From positions 1 to 64,000 of IMG/VR virus record IMGVR_UViG_3300037310_000131: DNA of 64,000 nucleotides; one strand, given 5' to 3'. The DNA is from a virus (taxonomy: Duplodnaviria > Caudoviricetes). The notes under the pieces were generated by a model. That model did no database searches. It was not told the DNA's origin and worked only from the letters and a program-made list of their open reading frames with translations. The position numbers were made by a program, and so were the translations under genes. Shown piece after piece: positions 25,292-39,433 of the stretch (the stretch's first letter is position 1; every line of letters begins with the position of its first letter).

Positions 25292-26554
25292 ATGTCCCTC
25301 CCTACCTGCACACTAGACGCCGCTGAGGTTTCCCAGCTTGTGACCGCCCAAAATCCCAAGATTTATCTTGAGGTTCTCCAGAAGGTCTCGACGGAATCCC
25401 CGTGGGCCAACATCATCCCCGCCTCCACGACCGAGGCTAACATGGGCGACACGATTGAGTCCGTTGTCACGCCTCGCGCTGTGACGAATCAGGACCAAGT
25501 CGAGCCTGCGTTCACCAACTTCACATCCACTGGCTGCACGCTGACCGGCGAACAGTCCCAGATGGGTAACATCCGCTTCTCCACTCAGTTGGAGATTCTC
25601 CGTGGCGAGACAGAGTACATCTGTTTGTTCGCCAACTGGGACACCGTGTACGGCGCGCTCGCCCAGAGCATTCAGGCGCTCAAGACGGAAATCACCTACC
25701 TCTACAACACGGACGTCAAGTCCAAGCTCGTCCGCTACTCCGGCCTCAAGGCCAGCGTGCAGGAAGGCGTTTCGCCGGCCGCATCGCTCAACGGTGGCGA
25801 GTGGGAGGTTCAGGTTGACTTCCCGGCCTCCTTGCCGACGGCGAACATCACGTTCGCGTGGGCCAAGGCGCTGCTCAACCACATCACGGAAGTGTATGAG
25901 GTCCAGATGTACGGCGCTGGCGCTGACGCGCACGCGAAGCTCATCGCCTCGGCTGCCGTCCTCGATGCGTTCCGCAACGAAGTCGGTGCCGCTGGCCCGA
26001 ACACGTCGCTCATCGCCGGCACGACCGGTGGCTTCAGTGACGCCAAGAAGCAGCTGTGGGAGTTCATGTGGGAAGAGTCGAACTTCCGTGGCATGAAGTT
26101 CGCAAAGGACCGCTACCCGCTGCGCTTCAACAACGTGGATGGCAACGGCTACCCGATCTGGATTGCCCCGCGCGTCAAGCAGCTCGTGACGGCCACTAAC
26201 TCCGGCTCCGGCTATCGCCTCGCCCCGAATCCAACGTGGGCAAACGCGGTATACGAGGTCGCGGTGCTGGTCTTCGCGGACTCGTTCCGCCGCCGCACGC
26301 CGGCTCAGTTCGCGGGTCAGGGTGACATCAAGTACCCGTCCCAGAACTTCGGTGGCGACCTTCGCTGGTCCTTCCTGCAAGACCAGTGCAACAAGTGGGG
26401 TGACAAGGGTCAGTTCCTGTACCAGATCGCCCGCGCCTATCAGGTTGGTGCGAACGGTGCGCACAGCATCATTCCTATCGCCTTCAAGCGCTGCCCGGTT
26501 GACTACGGCCTGAGCACCTGCTCCTCGGTAGTTGCGAACAGCTCCAGCAACTAA
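25292..26554 (+). CDS. major capsid protein (putative)
   Basis: 420 aa, strongly biased codon use, own promoter and terminator, follows the scaffold gene. Confidence 0.8.
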   Translation: MSLPTCTLDAAEVSQLVTAQNPKIYLEVLQKVSTESPWANIIPASTTEANMGDTIESVVTPRAVTNQDQVEPAFTNFTSTGCTLTGEQSQMGNIRFSTQLEILRGETEYICLFANWDTVYGALAQSIQALKTEITYLYNTDVKSKLVRYSGLKASVQEGVSPAASLNGGEWEVQVDFPASLPTANITFAWAKALLNHITEVYEVQMYGAGADAHAKLIASAAVLDAFRNEVGAAGPNTSLIAGTTGGFSDAKKQLWEFMWEESNFRGMKFAKDRYPLRFNNVDGNGYPIWIAPRVKQLVTATNSGSGYRLAPNPTWANAVYEVAVLVFADSFRRRTPAQFAGQGDIKYPSQNFGGDLRWSFLQDQCNKWGDKGQFLYQIARAYQVGANGAHSIIPIAFKRCPVDYGLSTCSSVVANSSSN

Positions 26555-26565
26555 GTAGGGTTTTC

Positions 26566-26592
26566 GAGCCCCTTCTAGCGAGGGGGCTCTTT
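26566..26592 (+). terminator. intrinsic terminator after the capsid gene
   Basis: GAGCCCCTT/AGGGGGCTC + TTT. Confidence 0.75.
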
Positions 26593-26713
26593 ACACCCAA
26601 TTTAGAATTGGCCGCGCCGCAGGGTTAGCGGTCTGGCCGAAACCCAGACCACAATGCAAATCCTCGGCAATTTCCAGAAACTAGCGAGGTGCGGGTTCAT
26701 GCCAAGCGCCTCC

Positions 26714-27460
26714 ATGTCAGTGCTCATTTCTTGCGCACTTCTGCTCATTGTTGTTGCCCCGGGATGCGCGAGCCAGTCGGGCTCCCGGGGTGGGTTTGCC
26801 ACGGTTAGCGGCGCAATTGGTCGCACGGTTACCGCCCCGTTTCGTCATTTCGCCAAGGAGTCTCGCAACCCTGCCGCCAGTGGATCGTCCAAGGCCGGTG
26901 GGGCAACGATCCCCGACGTAGCCACCATCCAGCAGTCGGCCAACCCGTCCGGTCCGAGCGCGCAGAACTACGACTTCGGCAAGACCGATGAAATCATCTA
27001 CTCGCAGGACACCGCCATCGTGACCGAGCACAAGCAGCCTGACGGCTCATCCATCGTGGTGACACAGCACATTCCGGCCGGCTCCAAGCAGCGTGTGAGC
27101 ACCAACCAGCGGGTCGGGCAGGTCATCGGCGCGGCACAGGTGGACCAGTCGGCCAATCTCACGGCCAAGCTTGGGTCGTTCAGGATGATCCAGTGGATTG
27201 GTGCCATCGCCCTTCTGGTGGGCTGCGCGGGCTTTGCCCACCCGGCGGGGCGAGTGCTGATTGGCGGCAAGGACACCGCCATCATGGTCGGCCTGTCCGG
27301 CCTAGTGATGATTTTCGGGCCAGTCCTCTTTGTGACCTACGAGAAGTATTTCTTCTTGGCGATTGTGGCGGCTGTTGCGTATTGGTTCTGGTCGCGGGCA
27401 AAGCACAAGGAGGGAGTATTAGACGGACTTATGTCTGGACAGACCAAGGATTCGTCGTAA
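26714..27460 (+). CDS. putative lipoprotein with three C-terminal TM helices (lysis/membrane candidate)
   Basis: hydrophobic leader ending VAPGC; hydrophobic segments near the C-terminus. Confidence 0.6.
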   Translation: MSVLISCALLLIVVAPGCASQSGSRGGFATVSGAIGRTVTAPFRHFAKESRNPAASGSSKAGGATIPDVATIQQSANPSGPSAQNYDFGKTDEIIYSQDTAIVTEHKQPDGSSIVVTQHIPAGSKQRVSTNQRVGQVIGAAQVDQSANLTAKLGSFRMIQWIGAIALLVGCAGFAHPAGRVLIGGKDTAIMVGLSGLVMIFGPVLFVTYEKYFFLAIVAAVAYWFWSRAKHKEGVLDGLMSGQTKDSS

Positions 27461-27473
27461 AAACAATACAACC

Positions 27474-31347
<3,874 letters not shown>

Positions 31348-31348
<1 letters not shown>

Positions 31349-31860
31349 TGCCTATTTCAGCAAAAGTCTCCGGTTCTTGGCAGACCATAACCAAGCCCGC
31401 GACGAAGGTGTCGGGGACTTGGAGGCCGCTCGGCGGCGTCTGGACGCGCGTGTCTGGCGTGTGGCAGCGCGTTTACACGGCGGCGGCAATCTCCAATCAG
31501 TTTGCAAATGCGTCCTTCACGTCCGGCACGGTAACGGCCACGTACGAACTGAACTCGAATGGCATCGCGTATCTCACCGACAACGTGAGCTATGGCGACA
31601 ACTTGCTACACGCCATCTCGAACGAGTGGCAGGGCGGCGGAACAAACTCCGACTTTGAGGCGCGCATGACCGTCAACAGCGGCTCGCTATCAGCCGGCAC
31701 CACTGGCTCGTGGGTGGCCCTGAGCAGTACGCAGACGTGGACCCTCTCGCGCGCCACCGCGGGCATAAGCACAGCCAGCGCAACACTTGAAATCAGGCTG
31801 GCCGGAAGTGCTACCGTTCTCGACTCGGCCACAATCGACTTTGAGGCCGAGCGCGCGTAA
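31348..31860 (+). CDS. fibre-associated protein
   Basis: KVSGSW/KVSGTW/RVSGVW repeats typical of fibre-tip partners. Confidence 0.65.
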
Positions 31861-31868
31861 CCTATTTT

Positions 31869-32012
31869 ATGTCCAAAGAACTAGCATCCATCATTATCGC
31901 GGTGGCCGCGCTCGCACTGGCCTACTTTTTCGTGTTCCGCAGGAAGTCGTCCAAGCTGCAGTCGGGTGGGTCCGTCGGCGGATCGAACTACAAGGACGCC
32001 AGCAAGCCGTAA
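31869..32012 (+). CDS. 47-aa single-TM protein (below ORF-track cutoff)
   Basis: MSKELASIIIAVAALALAYFFVFRRKSS... Confidence 0.55.
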   Translation: MSKELASIIIAVAALALAYFFVFRRKSSKLQSGGSVGGSNYKDASKP

Positions 32013-32056
32013 CAATACCGGCTTGACCTGTCGCCCGCTTGCGCTATGGGTGGCGC

Positions 32057-33820
32057 ATGAGGTTTTCTGTTGTCCTGATTTGCCGAAACGAGGAGAAGAC
32101 GATTCCGCGACTGATGGCCTCCCTGAGGGAGTTCCAGTCCCGGGGCGGAGAGGTAATCCTGATGGATACCGGCTCCTCCGACAAGAGCGCCGAAGTGGCC
32201 CGCGCCCATGGCTGCACAGTGCATGAGGTTGGGGAGCGCTTCATGGGCACCATCGACGACTCGCTGGCCGAGCGCATCAACAACTTCTTCCTGCGTGATC
32301 CCGGATATAAGATCGTTAGGGTCGGTGACAGGTACTTCGATTACTCCGCCGCCCGCAACTACGCGGCCTCCCTGTCCAAGACGGACATGGTGGCGATGCC
32401 GGACTGCGACGAGGAGTACACGAAGCTGGACTTGGACAAGATCAACGATGTCATTGAGCGCGGCGCAGAGCAGCTCGAGTACGAGTTCGTCTTCGCCCAC
32501 GCGCCTGACGGCAGCGACCTCATCAAGTTCCGCCACTGCAAGTTTTACAATCGCACCAAGCTGAAGTGGACTGGCGTGGTGCATGAGGTTCTGGCGGGCC
32601 ACGCAAGCCGGGTCTACCTCGACACCTCTACCATCAAGCTTGAGCACTGGCAGAACCCGTCCGACAATCGCACCCGCTATCTGACCGGGTTGGCGGTGGA
32701 CTGCTACAAGAATCCCGACAACGACCGCAACTCACACTACTTCGCCCGGGAGATGCTGTTCTGCGGCCTGGCGAAGTCGGCCTACCATGAGTTCTCGCGC
32801 CACATTGCCATGAAGAAATGGCCAACAGAAGCCGCGCAAAGCATGATATATCAGGGGGATGCGTTGATGATTATGGGCAAACGGGAGGAGGCAATTGCCC
32901 GCTGGCACGATTCCGTCACTCACTACGGAAACAGGCGAGAGGCGTGGATGCGGCTGGCCTCCCACTACCACAAGGCCAACGATTACCAGCGTGCGGCGAG
33001 CTACGCCAATGCCGCCCTCGCGGTTCCATATAACGACTTCTATGGAAACAACATGGAACACTATCGCCACGGGCCGCACGAGATTCTCTACTGGGCCTAC
33101 TGGTGGCTCGGCGACAAGTCGGCAAGCTTCGAGCACTGGAAGCGGGCCAAGTCCTATTGGCCAGACAATCGCAAGTTCATGCACGACAGCGTGTTCTACC
33201 TAGACATGCTGCGCCCCAAGGTGGTGGTCATAATCCCGGCGCTGGGCGGCGACGGCAGGAGCGCCGACGAGACCCGGGACTTGGTCAAGCAGCGGGCGGG
33301 GTGGTGGAACACCGAGGTCGAGGTGGTCGTGGACGACCCGGCATGCCGCAAGGGCTGCCCAATCACCCTAAAGAGGGGCGTAGAGGGCACCCACAGCGAC
33401 TTTGTGCTGTTCTTGGGGTCAGATTGCGTCCCGGAGAACGGCTTCGTTCTAAAGGCATTGGAGTGCATGTATCGGTCCTTCCCCGAGGCCGACGGACTGG
33501 TCGGGCTGAACGACGGAATCTGGAAGAAGGGGGAGATTGCCTGCCACTGGCTGGCGTCCCGCAAGCTCCTGCCCCACTTGGATGGTGAGTTCTTCTACAC
33601 CGGCTACCATCACCTAGGGTGCGACAACGAGCTTACGGCCCGCTGCCAACTCATGGGCAGGTATGTCTGGTGTGAGGAAGCCAAGATTGAGCACCGGCAC
33701 CCAGCCTCTGGGTTTCCGGCGGACAAGACCCATGAACTCGCGTGGAGCAGGAAGGACGAGGACCGGGCCCTGCTGAGGTCCCGCGCCAAGGCCATGGGAT
33801 TTGAGCACCTGCTTATTTGA
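32057..33820 (+). CDS. GT2 glycosyltransferase with TPRs and a second GT-A domain
   Basis: FSVVLICRNEE, LMDTGSSDKS, DYSAARN, DCDEE; TPR helices; C-terminal FLGSDC...GCDNEL. Confidence 0.88.
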   Translation: MRFSVVLICRNEEKTIPRLMASLREFQSRGGEVILMDTGSSDKSAEVARAHGCTVHEVGERFMGTIDDSLAERINNFFLRDPGYKIVRVGDRYFDYSAARNYAASLSKTDMVAMPDCDEEYTKLDLDKINDVIERGAEQLEYEFVFAHAPDGSDLIKFRHCKFYNRTKLKWTGVVHEVLAGHASRVYLDTSTIKLEHWQNPSDNRTRYLTGLAVDCYKNPDNDRNSHYFAREMLFCGLAKSAYHEFSRHIAMKKWPTEAAQSMIYQGDALMIMGKREEAIARWHDSVTHYGNRREAWMRLASHYHKANDYQRAASYANAALAVPYNDFYGNNMEHYRHGPHEILYWAYWWLGDKSASFEHWKRAKSYWPDNRKFMHDSVFYLDMLRPKVVVIIPALGGDGRSADETRDLVKQRAGWWNTEVEVVVDDPACRKGCPITLKRGVEGTHSDFVLFLGSDCVPENGFVLKALECMYRSFPEADGLVGLNDGIWKKGEIACHWLASRKLLPHLDGEFFYTGYHHLGCDNELTARCQLMGRYVWCEEAKIEHRHPASGFPADKTHELAWSRKDEDRALLRSRAKAMGFEHLLI

Positions 33821-33872
33821 TACAATTAGTTGACTAGCCAGAGCGTTATAGGATAAGACATCCCGCGACGCC

Positions 33873-34151
33873 ATGAGCTGCACTAATTGTACTACGCCAA
33901 ACCATTGCGATTCGACAGCGTTTGACTCGTCCTGCACCGATGAGGGTCAGGGCTTTCCGTTGTCATACGCAGTTGGTTGCGGCAGCCCCGGCACGGCTGG
34001 GTACGCGCCCGTCCCCGGCATCGTCGGGGTGTGGAACGGCACGGAGTTCGTGCTAGACACCGACAGCTCATCGACCGCGTCATCGTCAACGGCCAGCTCT
34101 TCAGCAGCAGCCAGCTCTTCGTCTGAGCCACCGCCGCTTCCGCCACCATAA
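33873..34151 (+). CDS. Cys-rich, Ser-rich small protein
   Basis: 92 aa with S-run and polyproline end. Confidence 0.55.
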   Translation: MSCTNCTTPNHCDSTAFDSSCTDEGQGFPLSYAVGCGSPGTAGYAPVPGIVGVWNGTEFVLDTDSSSTASSSTASSSAAASSSSEPPPLPPP

Positions 34152-34167
34152 TCCTGCACGCATCACC

Positions 34168-34530
34168 ATGAAGTCACAAAAATACGACCTCGGCCAAAGG
34201 CCAGAACCGCTGGTTACACAGGCCACAGATCAAGCGCCATCGCGCATCGAGTACCCCTGCTTGTCCATCGGCTACCCTTCTGAAATCGAGCTGCCAGACG
34301 GCGAGTTCGACGCGGTTGTCACGCTGCGCACCAAGCGCAAGGAGTGGTCCGAAAGCGAGAGGGGCGAGAAGCGCATGACCTACAGCTTCGACGTGTTGAG
34401 CATCACCCCGTCAGAGGGTTCGGAAGAGGCCGAGGAACCCGAGGTCGAGGAAGAAGAGGATGCAGCTGCCAAGATCATGAAGGGCATGCGTGGCGCGCGC
34501 TCGAAGAAGATTGCCGGGGAGGAGGACTAA
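34168..34530 (+). CDS. acidic hypothetical protein
   Basis: 120 aa. Confidence 0.6.
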   Translation: MKSQKYDLGQRPEPLVTQATDQAPSRIEYPCLSIGYPSEIELPDGEFDAVVTLRTKRKEWSESERGEKRMTYSFDVLSITPSEGSEEAEEPEVEEEEDAAAKIMKGMRGARSKKIAGEED

Positions 34531-34535
34531 TCCCC

Positions 34536-35492
34536 ATGCTAGTCAGCGACATTTACGATGACCTAATCGACGCCCTTGGGCGCTGCAACCAAGCGGTAGC
34601 GTTCCGTCGCCTGACCGAGGCAATCGCCATGCTGCAGAACAAGGCGAAGTGGAACCCCAACCTGCAGGAAATCGACATTTGCGTGACGGAGGGCTACGTC
34701 ACGCTTCCGCGCATCGTCAAGACGGTCATCGGCGTGCTGGCCAACGGCAAGCCGAATTACCTCACGGATGCCTCTTGGTTCGACTACCACCTGAATGGTC
34801 CCGGCGTGCAGGACTGCGTGGGAATCGGCTACGCCCAGCTCGCTGGCGCGTTCTGTACTATCCGCGACCCGTCAGCGCCGGTCTACTTGGTGGCAGAGCT
34901 GGAAAGCGCGGCGGACAACAACAAGGAGCTGCGCGTGTTCGGTCTGGACGCAAACGGCGACGAAATATTTTCGACCAATCCAACGACAGGCGAGAAGGAG
35001 CGCGGATTCCTCGTGCCCACGGTGTACGGCTTTTCTGTGCGGGCCGCAGACATCCCGCCCATCGCCCGCATCACACGCGTGCAGAAGGCCGTCACCAGCG
35101 GGCGCGTGAAGCTCATCGCGGTGAACACCGCCGACCTGTCAGCTCACACGCTCATCGGCTACTATGAGCCCGACGAGACCAACCCGCAGTACCAGCGTCT
35201 CAAGGTGCCGGAGAATACGTGGGTGCGCGTGAAGTTCCGCAAGGCCGACTACATCATCCGCAGTCTCAATGACTGGATTTCGCTGAACTCGTCTCAGGCG
35301 CTCATCATGGGCGTCAAGGCCGTGAAGTTCCGCTACGACGACAAAGCCGACCTTGCCGCAGCCTACGAGAAGGAGGCCACCCGCCTGCTGTCTGAGGACC
35401 AAGCCGCCAATCAGGCAGACGTGGTCATTGCTCCTCAAATCGTGAACTCTGACCAGTTTAGCCAGACCCAGCAGGAGGGCCTGATTTACTAA
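34536..35492 (+). CDS. putative head-tail adaptor / tail tubular protein A
   Basis: 318 aa directly before the tubular-B-like gene; assigned by position. Confidence 0.5.
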   Translation: MLVSDIYDDLIDALGRCNQAVAFRRLTEAIAMLQNKAKWNPNLQEIDICVTEGYVTLPRIVKTVIGVLANGKPNYLTDASWFDYHLNGPGVQDCVGIGYAQLAGAFCTIRDPSAPVYLVAELESAADNNKELRVFGLDANGDEIFSTNPTTGEKERGFLVPTVYGFSVRAADIPPIARITRVQKAVTSGRVKLIAVNTADLSAHTLIGYYEPDETNPQYQRLKVPENTWVRVKFRKADYIIRSLNDWISLNSSQALIMGVKAVKFRYDDKADLAAAYEKEATRLLSEDQAANQADVVIAPQIVNSDQFSQTQQEGLIY

Positions 35493-35496
35493 GCCA

Positions 35497-37518
35497 ATGG
35501 CAAATGAGTCTCAACAGGGTGACACACTGGTCGCGGGTAGCTCCTACCTCGTGGGTGGGTGCGATTCGTTCACGCAGCCGATAGCGCTCAAGGACACCGA
35601 GATTGTGATGTCCATGAACACCGTGAATCGCGGTGGCTACTATCGCGCGCGCCCGGGCACGCGCATCATGGCTGCGGTGCCGGGTGCCAACCCTCAGGGT
35701 GGGCGGTTCTTTGCCCCGAGCAGCGGAACCCCGGCCTACATCTGTGCGGTGGACGGCAAGATTTACGTGTCTGTAGCCCCGTTCCGTACCTTTGTTCAGC
35801 TGACGGGACTGCAGTTCAATCCGCTCTCACGCTTTGTCACATTCACGCAGTGCGAGCAGTCCACATACTACGACGATGAGGGCGACCTGCAGTACTTGGA
35901 CGTGCCGAAGAGCGTCATGATTATCCAAGACGGCGTTACGCGCGCTGCGTATTGGGACGGCGTGACTGCGGAGCATATCGACCCAACGCCATCAACCACG
36001 GGCGTCACATCGCCGGGGTTTGATGGCACCAAGATTGGCCTGTGGTCGGTCTGGTCTAACAACAGGCTATGGGTGACCAACGGCAGCCAGCTGTACGCGA
36101 GCGACATCGGCAACCCGCTCAAGTTCACCGAGGCCCAGTACATCAACGAGGCGCGCGCGTTCTATCTTTCCGGCCCATGCACCGGTATCATCGAGACGCC
36201 CGACAAGCAGGGCATCCTCGTCTTCACGACGAACGACTGCACGCTGTTCCAGTCTGGCATTCAGGACCGTACGCGCTGGCTGGATACGGTAGACTTTCAG
36301 AACACCATCATCCCGGGCTCCGGCTGCGTGGCCCCGCGCTCTGTCGTCAACCAGTACGGCCTGACGTGGTGGTTCTCGCCAACCGGCCTGCAGAACATCA
36401 ATTCCGCGCTCAACCAGAACATAAGCTCTCGCATCGACTATCAGGACTCCGAGATGTCTGCCTCCAAGCAGAACATCTCATCCGACATGGCCGGGGCGTG
36501 CGCCGGGTTTTACGAGAACTATCTTCTGCTCAGCGTGCCGTCTGGTGACCCGTACAACCGCCACACGTGGGTGCTCGACCAAGCCCCGACTGAGGACAAC
36601 CAGAACGCTTGGGCCGGGTACTGGACGGGCTGGCGTCCTGTCCAATGGAGCAAGACGATCATCGGCGGTCGTGAGCGCGTTTTCTTCCTCTCATATGACT
36701 ACGACGGCGTGTGCCGCGTGTGGGAGGCCTTCTTGGCCGCGCACACTGACAACGGCTGCGCCATCACCTGCACGCTGCAGACCAAGCAGCACGACTTCGG
36801 CAGCCTCAAGCGCAAGAAGTTCCGCTTTGCCCGGGCCTACGTGTCGCAGTTGCTCGGCAACGTCTCCTTCAGGTGGTGGGTGCTGCCAGAGAACGGCGCA
36901 CCGTACACCATTGGCAGCAAGGAGATGGTGGCCACGGCTGGTCAGGTGTACGACGAGACGGCCTACGGGGCCACGGCCACCAACCATCTGTTCCGGCCCA
37001 ACCGCACGCAGCACCGCATGATTTCCTCAGAAGAGGACCCGGCGCCTGAGTCCACCTGCACAGCTTGTGGGGTAGAGCGGGATGAAACCGACGACCGCGA
37101 CTATGCGTTCGGCTTGTTCTTGGTGTGGAGCGGGGACATGGCCATCACGGCTTATCAGGTGTTCGCGACCTGCGACACCGAGCCGGAGCGCGGAAGGTGC
37201 GAGGCGGATGAAGAGGGCCCGCGTTCGACCAATCTGTTTGGGTGCTCCGATCTATCGCTGTTCCCTGACGGCAACCCATTTGGACCGACGCTGGAGGCTA
37301 CGGCAACCGAGTGTGTTACATCGAACGGAAGCTCTTCTAGCGTCGGTTCCTCTTCCTCATCGTCCTCGTCGTCCTCCTCTTCTTCGTCAAGCTCGTCCAC
37401 GAGGACCATTTGCTCCACGCAGACAAAGACGAGCATTATCTCTCAGGCCGACGCTGACAGGAAGGCGTCCTGCGCCGCCAACTTCGACGCGAGCTTCCGG
37501 TCTGGTATCTACATCTAA
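35497..37518 (+). CDS. putative tail tubular protein B / stabilisation protein (beta-propeller)
   Basis: 673 aa beta-rich, WSNNRLWV...LYASDIG pattern. Confidence 0.6.
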   Translation: MANESQQGDTLVAGSSYLVGGCDSFTQPIALKDTEIVMSMNTVNRGGYYRARPGTRIMAAVPGANPQGGRFFAPSSGTPAYICAVDGKIYVSVAPFRTFVQLTGLQFNPLSRFVTFTQCEQSTYYDDEGDLQYLDVPKSVMIIQDGVTRAAYWDGVTAEHIDPTPSTTGVTSPGFDGTKIGLWSVWSNNRLWVTNGSQLYASDIGNPLKFTEAQYINEARAFYLSGPCTGIIETPDKQGILVFTTNDCTLFQSGIQDRTRWLDTVDFQNTIIPGSGCVAPRSVVNQYGLTWWFSPTGLQNINSALNQNISSRIDYQDSEMSASKQNISSDMAGACAGFYENYLLLSVPSGDPYNRHTWVLDQAPTEDNQNAWAGYWTGWRPVQWSKTIIGGRERVFFLSYDYDGVCRVWEAFLAAHTDNGCAITCTLQTKQHDFGSLKRKKFRFARAYVSQLLGNVSFRWWVLPENGAPYTIGSKEMVATAGQVYDETAYGATATNHLFRPNRTQHRMISSEEDPAPESTCTACGVERDETDDRDYAFGLFLVWSGDMAITAYQVFATCDTEPERGRCEADEEGPRSTNLFGCSDLSLFPDGNPFGPTLEATATECVTSNGSSSSVGSSSSSSSSSSSSSSSSSTRTICSTQTKTSIISQADADRKASCAANFDASFRSGIYI

Positions 37519-37521
37519 GTC

Positions 37522-37707
37522 ATGCCCCCGAAGGACTCCATCTTCACGCCCAAGCCGATTCCGCGCACTATCAACAGTCGTATCGGCCTTGGCACGCTTA
37601 TCAAGACGGCCACAACCGCGATGGGAATCCGTCCGTGCGGCGGGTGCCGTCGTCGCGCCAAGAAGCTAGACCAGATGTTCCCCAACGTCAACCCGTTTGC
37701 TAGGTAA
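37522..37707 (+). CDS. small CGGC-motif protein, copy 1
   Basis: GIRPCGGCRRRAKKLDQMFP. Confidence 0.65.
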   Translation: MPPKDSIFTPKPIPRTINSRIGLGTLIKTATTAMGIRPCGGCRRRAKKLDQMFPNVNPFAR

Positions 37708-38051
37708 TGGCCACACCGTTCAAGTCACTGGCAGCTGCGCTGCCGCGCGCGGCTGAACTTGAATATGTTCCTCCGCTGGTGAACCCATTGACGGTCAGCG
37801 CGGGTCCAAACCAGACTGTCAGTGGAGCTCTGGACGGCATCTTGGTCGGGGCCGTGTCCAGTTATTCAACGGCCGCCGTCACGGTTGAGTGGACGCTGGT
37901 CAGCGGCCCGGGTTCGGCCACGTTCGGCACGCCAACTGCAACGTCCACAACTGTGACCGTGTCGGAAGCGGGTGCCTATGTGTTCAAGCTGACGGCCACG
38001 CAGGGCGACTGGAGCATTGATGACGAGTCGTCCGTACTATTTACAGCCTAA
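37707..38051 (+). CDS. PKD/Ig-like domain protein, copy 1
   Basis: VSAGPNQTV...WTLVSGPGSATF...GAYVFKLTA. Confidence 0.75.
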   Translation: MATPFKSLAAALPRAAELEYVPPLVNPLTVSAGPNQTVSGALDGILVGAVSSYSTAAVTVEWTLVSGPGSATFGTPTATSTTVTVSEAGAYVFKLTATQGDWSIDDESSVLFTA

Positions 38052-38052
38052 C

Positions 38053-38235
38053 ATGCGCCCAATCGAGAGACTCATCCAGAAGGCAAGGGCTCGCGGGGCT
38101 GGCGACTTGGTCGCGGCCGTCGCCCAGCCGGTCGCGCGCGCCATCGATCGCGCGTTTGGTACACACGTGGCCGATTGTGGTGGGTGCAAGCAGCGCCAAG
38201 AGGCTCTCAACAAAGCGTTCCCGTTTGACAAGTAA
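38053..38235 (+). CDS. small CGGC-motif protein, copy 2
   Basis: VADCGGCKQRQEALNKAFP. Confidence 0.65.
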   Translation: MRPIERLIQKARARGAGDLVAAVAQPVARAIDRAFGTHVADCGGCKQRQEALNKAFPFDK

Positions 38236-39374
38236 TGTCCACCCCATTCAAGTCATTGGCTACTTCTATTCGCGGCTCCATCGACGTCGATTACTTTGCG
38301 CCGCTGGTGAATCCGCTGTCGGTGGACGCTGGACCGAATCAGGTGATCGACAACAGCCCCACGCTGGAGGGCGCGCTCACGGGCACGGCGAGTTCGGTTA
38401 ACAACGGGGAGCTTGCGCTGCTGTGGGAACTGGTCTCCGGCCCCGGCACCGCCACGTTCGGCTCCAGTGGCGCACTGGTCACGACCTTCCAAGTCTCAAC
38501 CGAGGGCACCTACGTGTTCAAGCTCACGGCTACGGTGGGTGAGTGGTCGGAAAGCGATGAGACAACGGTGGTGATGTACGCAGTGCCACAGCCACAAGCG
38601 GCGCTGGCTTGCACCAGTGAGACCGGGACGGCCACCCTGTGCGGAAAGAAGGAGTTTGTCGGCTATGAATCGGTGCCGCCAAAAACCTACTTGCGGTGCG
38701 ACGTGAGCGGAATCTCGGACCTGATTCAGTATACGTCTGGGCCATGCGCGGGTGCGCCGGGTCCGACCTCGGTGTACTCCACGCTCAGCGGCTATATCAC
38801 GTGGGACCCGGTTACGTGCGCGGTGAACGACCAAACCAATCGGCTCACGTTGGACCAAGGTGGTGCTACGGTCTACAATGGAACCGTCGGTATTACGGAC
38901 AGTTCTCCTGCCTCCCCGTCGGACTGCCTATATTCCAGAACATACACATCGACCACGCGAACGGTCGACGGAACGGGTGTGTGCTGTGCCGGGGACCAGC
39001 GCGCCACGCTTGGTAAGGTGTGGACCCAGACGCTGTCGGACGAGGATACTGAGCTCAACGCCATGGCGCGCGCAGCGGTGATTGTAGGGACCGCGTGTAC
39101 GGCCAAGCTGGAGGCACGCGGTGCCGGCGACTACTCGTTCCAGTTTGTTGCCGTCGGCTACGACATCTCATGCTCGAACCTGCAGGCGGGGGTGGGTTAC
39201 GTCGCCACGGTCGAGCTGCTGGAGGAAGACTACGGTGGCGGCAACCCCGGCGCATCGACCCAGCAGTACCAGTTCACGGCGGGCGGCACAACCCACCTCA
39301 TCTCCGACGTGGTCTCCTGCCCGAGCGGCAAGCAGGTCACTGTGCAGAATGTGTCCATCGCGTTCGCCCCATAA
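38235..39374 (+). CDS. PKD/Ig-like domain protein, copy 2, with Cys-rich extension
   Basis: N-terminal ~115 aa paralogous to 37707..38051. Confidence 0.75.
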   Translation: MSTPFKSLATSIRGSIDVDYFAPLVNPLSVDAGPNQVIDNSPTLEGALTGTASSVNNGELALLWELVSGPGTATFGSSGALVTTFQVSTEGTYVFKLTATVGEWSESDETTVVMYAVPQPQAALACTSETGTATLCGKKEFVGYESVPPKTYLRCDVSGISDLIQYTSGPCAGAPGPTSVYSTLSGYITWDPVTCAVNDQTNRLTLDQGGATVYNGTVGITDSSPASPSDCLYSRTYTSTTRTVDGTGVCCAGDQRATLGKVWTQTLSDEDTELNAMARAAVIVGTACTAKLEARGAGDYSFQFVAVGYDISCSNLQAGVGYVATVELLEEDYGGGNPGASTQQYQFTAGGTTHLISDVVSCPSGKQVTVQNVSIAFAP

Positions 39375-39433
39375 GCAACAGAAGTGCTTGACTAACCCGG
39401 GCATAACCATAAGAACCCTTAATACTAGAACCA

